Shown piece by piece: positions 13,736 to 26,733 of a DNA stretch of 64,000 nt (the stretch's first letter is position 1; each line of letters opens with the position of its first letter). Where the stretch lies: contig OX597823.1 in the NCBI GenBank assembly GCA_951406725.2, positions 97,340,001 through 97,404,000 of the forward strand. The letters are read 5' to 3'. The DNA comes from Octopus vulgaris. Taxonomy: Eukaryota. A program made the position numbers and the translations under genes. Under the pieces are notes generated by a model. That model saw only the letters and a program-made list of their open reading frames with translations, was not told the origin of the DNA and did not search any database.

Positions 13736-14451
13736 CTCTTCAGAGTAGCAAAATTCAGGTTCTTTTTTATTTTCAGGCAAGTTGACAAGAGCAGTAGCTG
13801 AATTGCTGGCTTTATTTTGCATCATTTACAACAAACAAACTAACTTTGCCCTAACAAAGGCAGGTGGCTCTTCCTGCCTTACAGTGGATGCATTGACTAT
13901 TTGAAAAATAAGCGTATGGACTTAAATAATTTTACTTAAATAATTTTTTCTCTGAAAATAATAAAAATTACTGGGGCTATACATGAAAAGAGTAGGCTTA
14001 AAATTAGATGGGCTTATTTTTGGAAAAACTCAGTAATGTTTTTATAATTTTTGTTTTAATAAAATACAGTAAATTTTTTAAATATTATTCTCAGCTGCAA
14101 TATTTTAAGAGTTTTAATTTCAAGTACTTTTTAGTTTCATTTAGAGGTGATGATTTAGCAAATTCTACTGTAGAATTCTTGTTCTGTACTTTTCCAGGTG
14201 TAATAACTTAACAATATTAACATGCATGTTCCCACATTTTTCATTGTAATATATGTATCCAGGTATATAATTTGTGAATTGTAGAGTTGAAAAAAAACTA
14301 ATCTTTAGGAAAACAACAACAATAACATAAAGGAACAGAACAGTTAGTTAATAAATGGGTTATATTTCTTCAAAGTCCATTTATTTATGATATTTAAATG
14401 AAACAAAGTACATTTACAAAACAGATAAACAGAAAGAAAATATAGTATATT

Positions 14452-14687
14452 CTTTACTCTTTACTCTTTTAATTGTTTCAGTCATTTGACTGTGGCTATG
14501 CTGGAGCACCACCTTTAGTCGAGCAAATCGACCCCAGGACTTATTCTTTGGAAGCCGAGTGCTTATTCTATTGGACTCTTTTGCCAAACTGCTAAGTTAC
14601 GGGGACGTAAACACACACATATATATATATATATATGTATGTATATATGTATGTGTGTATATGTTTGTGTGTCTGTGTTATTAATAA

Positions 14688-14723
<36 letters not shown>

Positions 14724-15105
14724 TGTGTGTGTGTATATGTTTGTGTGTCTGTGTTTGTTCCCACCAACATCACCTGACAACCGATGCTGATGTGTTTACA
14801 TCCCCGTAACTTAGCAGTTTGGCAAAAGAGACCAATAGAATAAGCACTCGGCTTCCAAAGAATAAGTCCTGGGGTGGATTTGCTCGACTATATATATATA
14901 TATACATATATATGACAGGCTTCTTTCAGTTTCTGTCTACCAAATCTACTCACAAGGCTTTGGTCGGCCCAAGGATATAGTAGAAGACACTTGCCCATGG
15001 TGCCACACAGTGGGACTGAACCCACAACCATGTGGTTCATAAGCAAGCTACTTACCACACAGCCACTGCTATGCCTATAGCTACTTACCATACAGCCACT
15101 CATAT
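14452..15105 (-). mobile_element. SINE family A with an internal inverted duplication
   Basis: 3' end at 14452 (tactcttttac...), tRNA-like head near 15060. 14517-14613 and 14792-14890 are inverted copies of each other. Confidence 0.75.
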
Positions 15106-15196
15106 GCCGATATGTATAAGAGATTAACAGTTTGAAAACTAATTATTCCTGATTTTTAAAACAAACTTTTTCTTTTGTCTTTCTCCATAATTTCAG

Positions 15197-15444
15197 TACC
15201 CAGGATGCCAAAAGTTGAAGTCATAGAAAAACCAACTTCAGTTGGGATTAAAATTTTTCAAATGAATCAAGATTGTGAGTCTTTGAAAAATGACCAGAAG
15301 TGGGAAATAACTAAGAGCGAAGTTTCAGAAAGTTGCGTGATAGAAAAGGCGAATTTAAAAATACATTTTAATTACAATTTAACAATATGGAGACAAGTGA
15401 ATGTATGGAAAAGTAAAAAGAGTTAATTACCATCTATCTTAAAG
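15197..15444 (+). CDS. FN3-repeat protein exon C (divergent FN3 domain 2); 3' boundary uncertain (15412 or 15444)
   Basis: tttcag|TA phase 1: VPRMPKVEVIEKPTSVGIKI...NLKIHFNYNLTIW. There is an in-frame TAA at 15424 unless the A|gtaaaa donor at 15412 is used or one A is missing from the run at 15415-15419. Confidence 0.7.
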
Positions 15445-15714
15445 GTACTTTCCTTATTTTATATTATTCTGATTCAATAATCTAATAGCTAAAGACAGTG
15501 TCTGTACATTCATTATTTCATTTTTTAATGTTTGATTTACCCTGCTAGCATAAGTTGGATGATGACATATTACTAAGACATTGTTTTATAGCTAGATGCT
15601 TATCCTGTCACTTACCCTTACCTGTTTTTAAAGTAAGGGATTTTCCCACGTGTCTTTAAAAGCCCTGAACTACAGAGCAGGTTGTCAACTGTGAACTGTC
15701 AACATAATTGAGCA

Positions 15715-15745
<31 letters not shown>

Positions 15746-15764
15746 AACATACATACATATATGA

Positions 15765-16765
15765 ATAGAAAAGACACTAGCTTATCTTTCATATAATGAA
15801 GAGATCTTCTATAAAAATGCTAATTTCTATAATAATGCACTTGAGAAAGCAGGATATAAGCATAAAATAACATATTATAGACCTAATGAATACATTCTTA
15901 ATGAAAATAATGAAGTTAAAATAACGAGTAACCCAAATATAATATATAAAGAATGGCTGAAACCACAGATAATAAAATAAATAAAGAAAATATGAATGAA
16001 AAATTTAAAAAATGATATATAAGCCCTATGATAAATGGCCAAAGTTTTGGAAATATGAAGAAAAATGAAGTTGTAAAAACAGATATTAAAGTTAATTGTA
16101 ATCTCACAAAACCTGATACTAAATATAGTAATAAATATAGAAATAATAAATACGAAAATAAAAAAATCTAGTAAAACAGAAATTAATGACATTAATAACA
16201 TATGTGATAATACTCATAATTGTAAATATAATATAAATAAAAAGGATATACTGCTTGATTAAACTTGATTCTGATAAATCTAATATAGTTTATAGTTGTC
16301 CAAATAAAACCAATACTTTGTGGTGTATTATCCCTTTTGCAAATCAAATCAAAAACAATATAATTAAATCCATTTATTGATTAATTCATAAACATTTAAA
16401 TAAGGATAATAAGTATAGCAAAATTATTAATTCTAAATCTAAAAAAAGTTGGTCATTCTTTATCAAAGAATCTTTTTGGAATTATGTTTTCAATTAATAA
16501 TAGAAAATAAGATAGCTTTTATAACAATCGAAATCTAAGTAAAAATGATGTTAAGGTAATTTATAATAATAAAATGGAAATAACCCATATTGACTCCCTT
16601 ACTAACCCAAATAATATGAATAAAAATAATATTTATTATTTACATTATTTACATTTGATGGATATTGCTCTTCATCTTTGTTACTTTCCAGCCATCATCA
16701 GGTGTCCTGGGGGAATCTTGAACCTAGGTTCTCATTCCTAAGATATTTTTCTGATGTTATTATTA

Positions 16766-16809
<44 letters not shown>

Positions 16810-16949
16810 GAGATCAGTGCTTGGAATTCAACTCAGAATCTTAGAGTTAGTAGCCCACGCTCTTAACCACTACACCATATGCACGTGAGCTAATGGTTAA
16901 GTGCATGGGCTACTAACCCCAAGATTCTGAGTTTGATTCCAAGCAGTGA

Positions 16950-16994
<45 letters not shown>

Positions 16995-17208
16995 GAAGAA
17001 TAAGAATAAGAATAATAATACATCAGAAAAATAGCTTACGAATTAGAACCCAGATTCGAAATTCCCCCAGGACACCTAATGATGGCTGGAGAGTACATCA
17101 GCCGAAAATTGTGTTAACAACAAACAAGATGAAGAACAATATCCATCAAATGTAAATAATGTAAATAATAAATATTATTGTTATTCATATTATGTGGGTT
17201 AGTAAGGG

Positions 17209-17211
<3 letters not shown>
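15765..17211 (+). mobile_element. Degraded Penelope-like element fragment (post-RT region) with an inverted terminal-repeat palindrome
   Basis: The + strand translates RLAYLSYNEEIFYKNANFYNNALEKAGYKHKITY...TLWCIIPFANQIKNNIIKSIY*LIHKHL...SKIINSK, resembling the PLE RLS...YNxALxxSGY / WFNPP...HKIFN region. 16593-17211 is a palindrome carrying a hammerhead-like motif at 17071-17115. Confidence 0.65.
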
Positions 17212-17247
<36 letters not shown>

Positions 17248-17306
17248 GTATGTATATTGTTTTTTTGTTTCCCGTTTGGATTAAAATTATATATATATAT
17301 ATATAT

Positions 17307-18350
17307 ATGCATGTGTACGAACAGCTATGCTACATGGCAGTGAAACATGGGCCGTGACTGCTGAGGACATGCGTAAGCTCGTGAGGAATGAAGCCAGTAT
17401 ACTCCGATGGATGTGTAATGTCAGTGTACTTACTCGACAGAGCGTTAGTACCTTGAGAGAAATGTTGTACCTAAGAAGCATCAGTTGTGGTGTGCAAGAG
17501 AGACGATTGCGCTGGTATGGTCATGTGGCGAGAATGGATGAAGATAGGTGTGTGAGAAAGTGCCAATCCCTAGCAGTTGAGGGAACCCATGGAAGAGGTA
17601 GACCCAGGAAAACCTGGGACGAGGTGGTGAAGCACGACCTTCGGACGTTAGGTCTCACCATGGAAATGACTACAGACCGAGACCTATGGAAGTATGCTAT
17701 GCGTGAGAAGACCCGGCAAGACTAGTGAAGCCATAACCCGTGGCCCCTACCTGGGACATAGTCAGTCCACCTGTGCATACCTTCCTTCTTGTGACACTTG
17801 GGAAGACCTGTTGAGGCAAGTGAAAATCAAAATCAAATCAAATCAAATCAAACCAAATCAAAATAGATGAACATCATTGGAATTTGTATCCTTGGAAAAT
17901 TAGTGCCGGTGGCACATAAGAAAACCATCCGAACGTGACCGTAGCCAGTACCGCATCGACTGGCCTCCATGCTGAGGGCACGTAACAAACACCATCCGAG
18001 CGTGGCCGTTCGCCAGCCTCGTCTGGCACCTGTGTCGGTGACACGTAAGAAAACACCATCCGAGCGTGGCCGTCTGCCAGCCTCGTCTGGCACCTGTGTC
18101 GGTGGCACATAAAAAACACCATCCAAGCGTGCCCGTCTGCCAGCCTCGTCTGGCACCTGTGTCGGTGGCACATAAAATCACCCACTACACTCTTGGAGTG
18201 GTTGGCGTTAGGAAGGGCATCCAGCTGTAGAAACACTGCCAGATCTGACTGGCCTGGTGCAGCCTTCGGGCTTGCCAGACCCCAGTTGAACCGTCCAACC
18301 CATGCTACCATGGAAAGCGGACGTTAAACGATGATGATGATGATGATGAT
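17307..18350 (+). mobile_element. 5'-truncated, well-preserved RTE-clade LINE (ORF2 C-terminus, 3' UTR with ~61-63-bp tandem repeats, (gat)n tail)
   Basis: ORF MLHGSETWA...RRLRWYGHVARM...GRGRPRKTW...DRDLWK is the canonical RTE C-terminus. Tandem units at ~17990-18175. Confidence 0.9.
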
Positions 18351-18436
18351 ATATATATATATATATATAAGAATTTTTGTGTAATAAGATAAAAAAACCA
18401 AGGCTGTGTAGATATTAGAGCATTTATAGATAGAAG

Positions 18437-18488
18437 GTCTTACAGCTGTTTCTAGGATATTAATTAATAATATCCCTTCATCGGAGAC
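18437..18488 (-). ncRNA. Minimal hammerhead-ribozyme-like motif
   Basis: Minus strand: gtct-CCGATGA-agggatattattaattaatatccta-GAAAC-agct-GTA-agac. Stem I gtct/agac, long stem II, palindromic AGCT loop. Confidence 0.6.
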
Positions 18489-18717
18489 AGTGTGAGAGGA
18501 AAATTAAGTCATAGTTAGTTTCGATGTGATACAAAATAGAGAGTGAGGTGGAGGAATATATATATATATTAATCAAAGTGTACAGTATTCTATATCTATT
18601 ACAGCCAATTTTACCAGTTGGTTTCATACTAGGGATTCGACAGAGTGTTATGTAACAGTCTGATTAAGTAAGTCTGCACTCATCAGAAGTAGCCACTATG
18701 GAATGAAATATGGCAAC

Positions 18718-18756
<39 letters not shown>

Positions 18757-18998
18757 AATAATTACTCTGAAGTACTGTGTAGAATATATTGTATAAAGGG
18801 TCGTAGGTAAGGACAAAACAATTGAAAGTAAATGTAAGGTAAATCACACGAAAACAAATATATGAGTTAATGCATACAAAAGTTCAAAATGCTATTTGTT
18901 TAATATTCTGGATAACTTTGTGTGTGTGTGTGTGCACATAATATATACACATGCACACACACACATATATATACACACATACATATATACATGCACAT

Positions 18999-19124
<126 letters not shown>

Positions 19125-19264
19125 GATATGAGAGATTTAGTTCACTGGAGATCTGAATGAATAGGTATGCTGAGTAAGAGCTATAATTGATCATCCATTG
19201 GGTTCAAAGTTCACAGCTGAGGCTGGAGCTAGGGTCCGTATTTGGCTTCCATGTTAGCAGGTAT

Positions 19265-20169
19265 ACATTAGAATAAAAGGACATCAAAAGCAAGGCAGAA
19301 TGAGTATCTCAAGTCATTTATGATAATTTAATTACAGTAAGGTCAATTTGAAGTCTTACAGCTGTTTCTGGGATATCCCAAGTGATAGGCTAGCATGTCT
19401 GTACACTGAGTAGTCCATCATCAGAGACAAAGTGAGTATGTATGAAAGTTCTGGACAGTTTAAAGGAATAAAATAGAAGAATAAATAATAAAGAGTAAAA
19501 GTAGATATTTTTTTCCAAAGTTTATGGCAATTGGTCCATATTTCCATGAAGGTATAGATCCTTATGCTTAATCCTGGGTAAATCCAGGCAGAATTTTGGC
19601 AGTATTTTGAATGATGTGTTCATGTTGGGCAAATTGTCTGTTAGCTAGTGTGCATGGGTATACAGAGTCAGAAAGACAGACATTAAGATATTTTGATGCC
19701 TGCCACCAGTTCTGTCTATCTTGATGTGTGTCTTTCTCACTCTATATACCCACACATACCATTTGCACACTAGTTAACCATTTCAACAATGAATGCATCA
19801 TTCAAAATTCTGCCTGGATTTACCTGGGATTAAGCATGAGGACCTAAACCCTTCACAGAAGTACAGACCATACACTTTGGGAAAAGATGAATTGTGAACT
19901 TTTGTTATACAGTCTGCATACTAATATCTACTTTTACTCTTTATTTTTCTATTTTATTCCTTTAAACTGTGAATTTCCCTGTCTAGAGCTTTCATTTATA
20001 CTTTGTCTCTGATTGCAGAATACCCAGTGCACGGGCATGCTAGCTTATTACTTGGGATACCCCAGAAACAGCTGTAAGACTTCAAATTAACCTTACCATA
20101 ATAAAACTATTATAAATAACTTGAGCTAATCATTCTGCCATGGTTTTGATGTCCTTTTCCCTCTAATGT
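19265..20169. repeat. ~900-bp imperfect palindrome with a hammerhead-like motif in each arm
   Basis: Arms ~19265-19690 and ~19717-20169 are reverse complements. Motifs gtctCTGATGA...GAAACagctGTAagac at 19353-19428 (-) and a degenerate copy at 20005-20080 (+). Confidence 0.85.
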
Positions 20170-20196
20170 GCATGTCTGTGTGTGAGTCTGTGTATG

Positions 20197-20256
<60 letters not shown>

Positions 20257-20259
20257 TAT

Positions 20260-20628
20260 CTCTTTACTCTTTTACTTGTTTCAGTCATTTGACTGCGGCC
20301 ATGCTGGAGCACCGCCTTTAATCAAGCAACTCGACCCTGGGACTTATTCTTTGTAAGCCCAGTACTTATTCTATCGGTCTCATCGATTGTCAAGCAATGC
20401 TAGGGGAACAGACACACAAACACATACACATACACACACATATATATATATATATACATATATACGACGGGCTTCTTTCAGTTTCCGTCTACCAAATCCA
20501 CTCACAAGGCTTTGGTCGGCCCGAGGCTATAGTAGAAGACACTTGCCCAAGGTGCCACGCAGTGGGACTGAACCCGGAACCATGTGGTTGGTAAACAAGC
20601 TACTTACCACACAGCCACTCCTGCACCT
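20260..20628 (-). mobile_element. SINE family A (abundant Octopus-type tRNA-derived SINE)
   Basis: Head ggagtggctgtgtggtaagtagcttg...gggttcagtccc, central (TA/TG)n, tail gaaacaagtaaaagagta. Many further copies in the window. Confidence 0.85.
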
Positions 20629-21139
20629 ATATATATATATATATATAATATATGTATGTATATATAATATATGTGTTTATGTATGTGTGTGTGTGTGTGT
20701 GTGTGTGAAATTTATAGAAAAACAAAAGACGAAGACAGGTGTATGAACAACAAGCAAGTGTTTTAGTTTGATGATCAGGAAAAATGAGTTAGTCTTTTAA
20801 GTTTCAAGCTTATGCTCTTCAGCAGAAAGGAATAAGAGAAAATAAACAGAGGAGAATGAAAAAAACTTGTAGATTTCAGCGGTCCAACATGGCAAATATA
20901 CATATATATATTACTTATTATACTGATCCAATGTTGGACTTTCTTGATAACATGCATTGTAATATCAACCAGTCTTCAATTATTATCAGAAAGAGCTATA
21001 AAGATAAGACTTAATATATTTACATTCATATCATACAAAGCCTCTTAAAAATACACGTTAATGTGTTTGTGAGTGAGTGTGCGTGTGTGTGTGTGTGTGT
21101 GTTTGTGTGTATGTGTGTGTGTGTATGTATGTGTGTGTA

Positions 21140-21480
21140 AGTGAAGGCACATGTCTCAGAGGTTAGAGCATCAGGCTTACAGTTTGAGTTAGTGGGTTTC
21201 AATACCTGGACCAGGCTGTGTGTTGTGTTCTTGAGCAAAACACTTTATTTCATGTTACTCCAGTTCACTCAGCTGTAGAAATGAGTTGCAATGTCACTGG
21301 TGCCAATCTGTGTCAGCCTTTGTTCTCCCTTCGATAACATCGGTGGTGTGGAGAGGAGAGGCTGGTATGCATGGGTAGCTGCTAGTTTTTCATAAACAAC
21401 TTTGCTCAGACTTATGCCTCAAAGGGGAAATTTCTACATGCAATCCCATGGTCATTCATGACTGAAGGAGGTTCTTTACC
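21140..21480 (+). mobile_element. tRNA-derived SINE (divergent)
   Basis: tgtctcagaggttagagc A-box, ggtttcaatacc B-box and ttgagcaaaacacttt core. Related head at ~35262-35500. Confidence 0.55.
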
Positions 21481-21704
21481 TTTTTATAGGTACATTCACC
21501 ACACAACCACACAAATACTCACACATACAGACTCACACACTTATACATTTATATATATGTACTAGAGTTATTTATTTATACAAACAGATAGATGAATAAA
21601 TAGATAGTGAGAGAGATACAGAGAGAATGAGAAATATATATATACATCATCTGCTTTCATATTATATGTACAGAGTATTAACACTTTCCTTTAACATATT
21701 GCAG

Positions 21705-21893
21705 AACCTAATGCAGTGAGTGGTTTATCACACATAGTTAACCAAAGTGATATACATATCTACTGGCAGAAACCAAAAAATTCAAAAGTAAATTTGTATC
21801 AAATCACTGTTACTATTGAGAATCCATATATGTATAATTGCACAAATACAACTACAAACATGACTTATTACATAATAAACGACTTTTTACCAG
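21705..21893 (+). CDS. FN3-repeat protein exon D (first half of FN3 domain 3)
   Basis: ttgcag|AA phase 1: PNAVSGLSHIVNQSDIHIYWQKP...YQITV...INDFLP, donor G|gtaact. Confidence 0.9.
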
Positions 21894-24175
21894 GTAACTA
21901 TTTTAGTGACCTTTTCAGTTCTCATTTCCCTTTGTTTGGACATTCCTGAAATCCCTATTAATATTTTCTTTAATAACTAACTTAGCCTGTTTCTTTTTTA
22001 TAACCTTTCTTAAGCAGAAATGATAGATCACTTATAGTATTTAATTTGAATTCAAATACTTATTTCTTTATTGTCCAAAAGGGGCTAAACATAGCGGGGA
22101 CAAACAAGGACAGACAAAGGTATTAAGTCGATTACATCGACCACCAGTGTGTTCTTAATTTATCGACCCCGAAAGGATGAAAGGCAAAGTTGACCTTGGC
22201 GGAATTTGAACTCAGAACGTAACAGCAGATGAAATACCGCTAAGTATTTCACCTGACGTGCTAACGATTCTGCCAGTTAGCCGCCTATGCCAGCTCACCA
22301 CCTATATTTGAATTTGAATTCAAATACTGTTAGGGCTATGTTTGGGGGTCTGTCAACAGTCTGAGAGGTGGTGGGAGGATACATTGAAATAATTATCAGG
22401 CATGTATTTGAGTTAATTGACTATACTTTTTACTCATCTAACCTATAAATTTATCACCCTTTTTTAATGTAAGAAATCATTTATATAGCATCAACTGCTA
22501 TTACTGCATCAATAACTACAAAAGTTTCAGCTTCAGTATTGTTTCTATATAGCAAAAGAATCTAATTGCTTTGTGTGAAATTTAACCATTTCCATACCAA
22601 CCTTCCAGTGAGCATCTCAGGTTCATTGATGAAAAACTAAATTTTTGGGAAGCCCATATTTAGATTAAGATTTTTTATCGTAATTTTATGCAACAATCTT
22701 TTATTTTTCTAAACACTAGCTTGATATAGAATTAAATGTAGTTATTTTGCAAAGTCTTTTGAAACTTTTTGCTATTTTCAAAATTAATATAAATACATAG
22801 ACAGTGTGTTTCATTATAAATATGGTGACAAAAGGAATAGAATATTTATGGAATCCTTTAGATGTTCTGACAATGCTTATGGTTGGGTAGAGACAACGTT
22901 TTATTGGCATGATCTTTGAGTACAAAGAAATTTGTTAATGTGTAGTTATCTTGATAACCATTATGTGTATCTAAATCAAATATGGGGAACTGCTTACCTT
23001 CACTGAATTCGAAATCACCAACTAAGAAAGTCTTTAAAACCCATGTGAAAGACTGTCTAACTTTAAGACCTAAACAATAATTTATTGTAAGTTACATGCC
23101 TATGAATTAGTAACATTAAAGATTCCCTAGTTTTTTCAGCACAAATGGAACTTACACGTTTTATATACTTAAAACTAAAAATTTCAAGATAAGAGGAATT
23201 CTGGATGATTTCTGTCTTTTTAGTAATTTGTCATAGACTGCTTTAATATTGTATAGTAAATACGGGCATAGTATATTTTATATTACTTAATATGGTATCA
23301 GTCACTTGAATTAAATGGCTGTTGCTTATCTATTATTGTTTAACTAAATAAGACTATAATTTAAAGACTTACCAGATGTGACCACATTATCTAATGTGTA
23401 TTTCCTTTTTTTAAAATAACAGGGTGATGTTTAAGGAATCTTTGACAGCTAATTGTAGAGGCTCTCTTGATTAGCTTGATGATGTTGCTCACGTATTTGC
23501 TGTTGAAAAACAAGTCGTCATTATTCTTATCCTCATTAACAGCAGCTACAGCAGCATTATCTTCAGTTTCTAATTCATTTTTCACAGATGCAATTGCTCA
23601 CTTCAATTTAATTAAATTATAATCAAACTAATCTGTCTGCTTCAAATTTAATATAAAAGCTTTTAATCTGACACTGGGCAACCACACTTCAAGTTTCACA
23701 ATTATACAATACAAAACAATTGCAGCGTGGAAGGCGTTTACAAGCCATGCAGCACAAAGTTTTGTCAGTGAACAGGTCGTGGTCTCAAAGCGACGAAAAT
23801 ATTTTGACAAATTAAATTTAAATGTTGAAGTGAATCTAACGGTTTTTGTGTGTTTCTTAAATGGGTTATAAACACCTTCCACACTGCAACTGTTTTCGTT
23901 CCAGCACACAATCTCAGATCAGATCACTTGCTATTCAAGTACATCTCCGTAATTATACAATAGTTTATGGACAAAAAAATGGTATTCTTGACAACATATT
24001 CCAGAAGCTGATTTGGTCAGACACAGTTTGGGGTTCAAATTCATTTCATGTCTGTTTTGCCTTTCTGTACTTTAAGTTTAATAAAGCATGTAACAGCAGT
24101 CTATATCTTAGGAAAGAAAACAGTAAAACATCACATAATGTCTAAAATGTTGTCCCAACCTACTTATTAGTCTAA

Positions 24176-24395
24176 CCCTTTCGTTACCAGCCCGGCTGAA
24201 ACTGGCTTTAGCTTTGAGTACAAATGTCTTGTTTTCATAAGTTTTGAATTAAAATCTTCCACCAAACCTTAGTCACAATTTATGTTCCTAACACTAGCCT
24301 AATGATAACTAAGCTATTTTACTAAATTCTTTGTTATATTTAAAGCAATTGAAAGAAACACGAAGCTTCTCAATATAAATACAGTAACAAAAGGG
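24176..24395. mobile_element. piggyBac-like MITE
   Basis: TIRs ccctttcgttac / gtaacaaaaggg, flanked by ctaa and ttaa. Confidence 0.65.
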
Positions 24396-24906
24396 TTAAC
24401 ATTAGTAGATTCATCATTCATGAAATTGCTGCAGCTGCTCCACTCAAATCGTTAACCATAGACATCTCAACCTCAAAGTGTCTACACTGTAAGTTAAAAT
24501 AACTGTAGTAAAGCAATATGCAAGGATCTGTATTCCAGAAGCCATATAATATGCAATAAGAGCAAATTTTAATATTTCAGAGTAACATTGCACACATTGC
24601 ACAACTAAATTTTGCAATATCTAGACATCTAGTTATAATTTATGAATTTATTGTTAATAATTTCAATGTAAAATAATATTGGACATTATAAACTTTGATG
24701 TGTGACAGAAAGAGGAACAGGTCCACTGACATGATTCAAGCGATGACTCCATCACTTGCTCAAATATTTTTACCAAATTACACAGAACACCTACTGGTCT
24801 TTGTCTTTAAATTAGGTAATTAAATCAATTTCTTTTTTAATTGCACTGCTTTAGCTTACGATATAATTTAGATGTTAGTGTAGCAGAAGAGGTTAAATTC
24901 CATATA

Positions 24907-25295
24907 TACTCTTTACTCTTTTACTTGTTTCAGTCATTTGACTGTGGCCATGCTGGAGCAACACCTTTAGTCGACCAAATCGACCCCAGGACTTATTCTA
25001 TTGGTCTCTTTTGCCAAACCGCTAAGTTACAGGGACGTAAACACACCAGCATCAGTTGTCGAGCGATGTTGGGGAGAACAAACATAGACACTTAAACATA
25101 TACACACACACACAAACACATATATATATATGTACAACAGGCTTCTTTCAGTTTCCATCTACCAAATCCACTCACAAGGCTTTGATCGGCCCGAGGCTAT
25201 AGTAGAAGACACTTGCCCAAGGTACCACGCAGTGGGACTGAATCTGGAACCATGTGGTTTGTAAGCAAGCTACTTACCACACAGCCACTCCTACT
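24907..25295 (-). mobile_element. SINE family A
   Basis: Same head and tail as 20260-20628. Confidence 0.85.
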
Positions 25296-26733
25296 TATAC
25301 ACTAATGTCCACCTTGGAATGGTACTTCAGATTAATTGAAATTACATGGATTTATTGTTTCTGCTTTTTTTTTTATATATACATTCTATTTGTATGTCAA
25401 ACACAATCCTACTTTCTAACATTATCCTACTTTATATCCTACTAACAAAGTAATTCAAATTATATTCTATTAAAATAACAAATGTTCTTCAAACTTCAAG
25501 GTCTTCTGAAGTTTTGTTTTCAAATTCATCATGTATTTATTGAACACTCTTTAACAACACTTTTTCAAGATCCTTGCCTTCTCTAAATCTTCCATCAATC
25601 TTTGGTCTCTGAAACCTATACTAAACTATACTAAAAGTGTAACAATTTCCATTCCAAATATTAACAATTTTCCTCTAACATTATCAAATATATCTAACAT
25701 TATCAAATATAATTATGTGAAATATTGGCAGCACTATTGTAATGGCTCCAATTTCATATAAATATTCCTATTTACTAATCCTGTATTAACCCATCTTTTT
25801 TACTGCTACTGATATTTTTTTAAGACAGCATGGTAAGATTTGAAGATGATTCGGCAGAAGCAGGTCAAGTGACCACGTGGAAGCTCTGAACATGCAAGGA
25901 ACAGTTTGTTATTGTAACAAATATAAGCACTGAAATAGCTGCTACATCAATAGTCCATCAGGACATAAAAATCAACAGAACAAAGATATTAAAGCAGATG
26001 AGACTTGCATATGATGGCAGACTATTGCTGGAACTTGGCTCATGAGCTTTCCAAGGTTCAAGTTTCAAGAAAATCATCGAAAAGCAAATTCATGAGAAAT
26101 TATGCATAAATGAGAATACGATTTGTCTGTAGAAATATGAAGACTTTTTATTAGTTTTTAAGTAGGATTTTAAGAAAACGTTCTGGTTTTGAAGAAAAAC
26201 CAATTTCTATGTATGTTTGTATGATATGCCTAGTTAGCTGTTTTATTGAAATAACAATGATATTCTACAGATCCAGTATCTTACAATCTTAACAACATAG
26301 TAATAAATGGATGTCATTTTCAGATTCTATGATCAAAAATCCCCTAGTTCAGGTTAAAACTATTTGACAACAAAGAAAATACTTTCTCTTGTTGACCTGT
26401 GTAATTTTTCAATTGATTTGAGTTGACTCAAGCTACCACTAGCATATTCACACTAGTAAGTCAACATTCCCATGGTCCACAAATACAAGTACAGTAAATA
26501 ACAGCAATCTCAAAGATTGAAGTGCTGTTAATGTGGATGTTTCACTGTCTAGGAAGTATTGTTTTTTAATATGTTAAATAAGAATTAATGATATTAATAA
26601 CTATAAATAATATTTTATTAGCAACAAATTGAGCTGCTGAGCTGAAATCAAAATCGTGTAAGTGGACATGAAAAAGCTAATGTATGTGTGTGTTAGATGA
26701 TATATGTTTTATATAAATAATATATACATCAAA

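Noticed and set aside
15875-16600. Hydrophobic AT-rich minus-strand ORFs suggesting a NUMT or membrane protein
   Set aside because: No mitochondrial protein motifs are recognisable. The opposite strand translates to a Penelope-like region, and the hydrophobicity comes from T-richness.
17925-18180. Regular ~61-63-bp repeats resembling a CRISPR array
   Set aside because: The units are contiguous with no unique spacers, lie in an RTE 3' UTR, and are in eukaryotic context with no cas genes.
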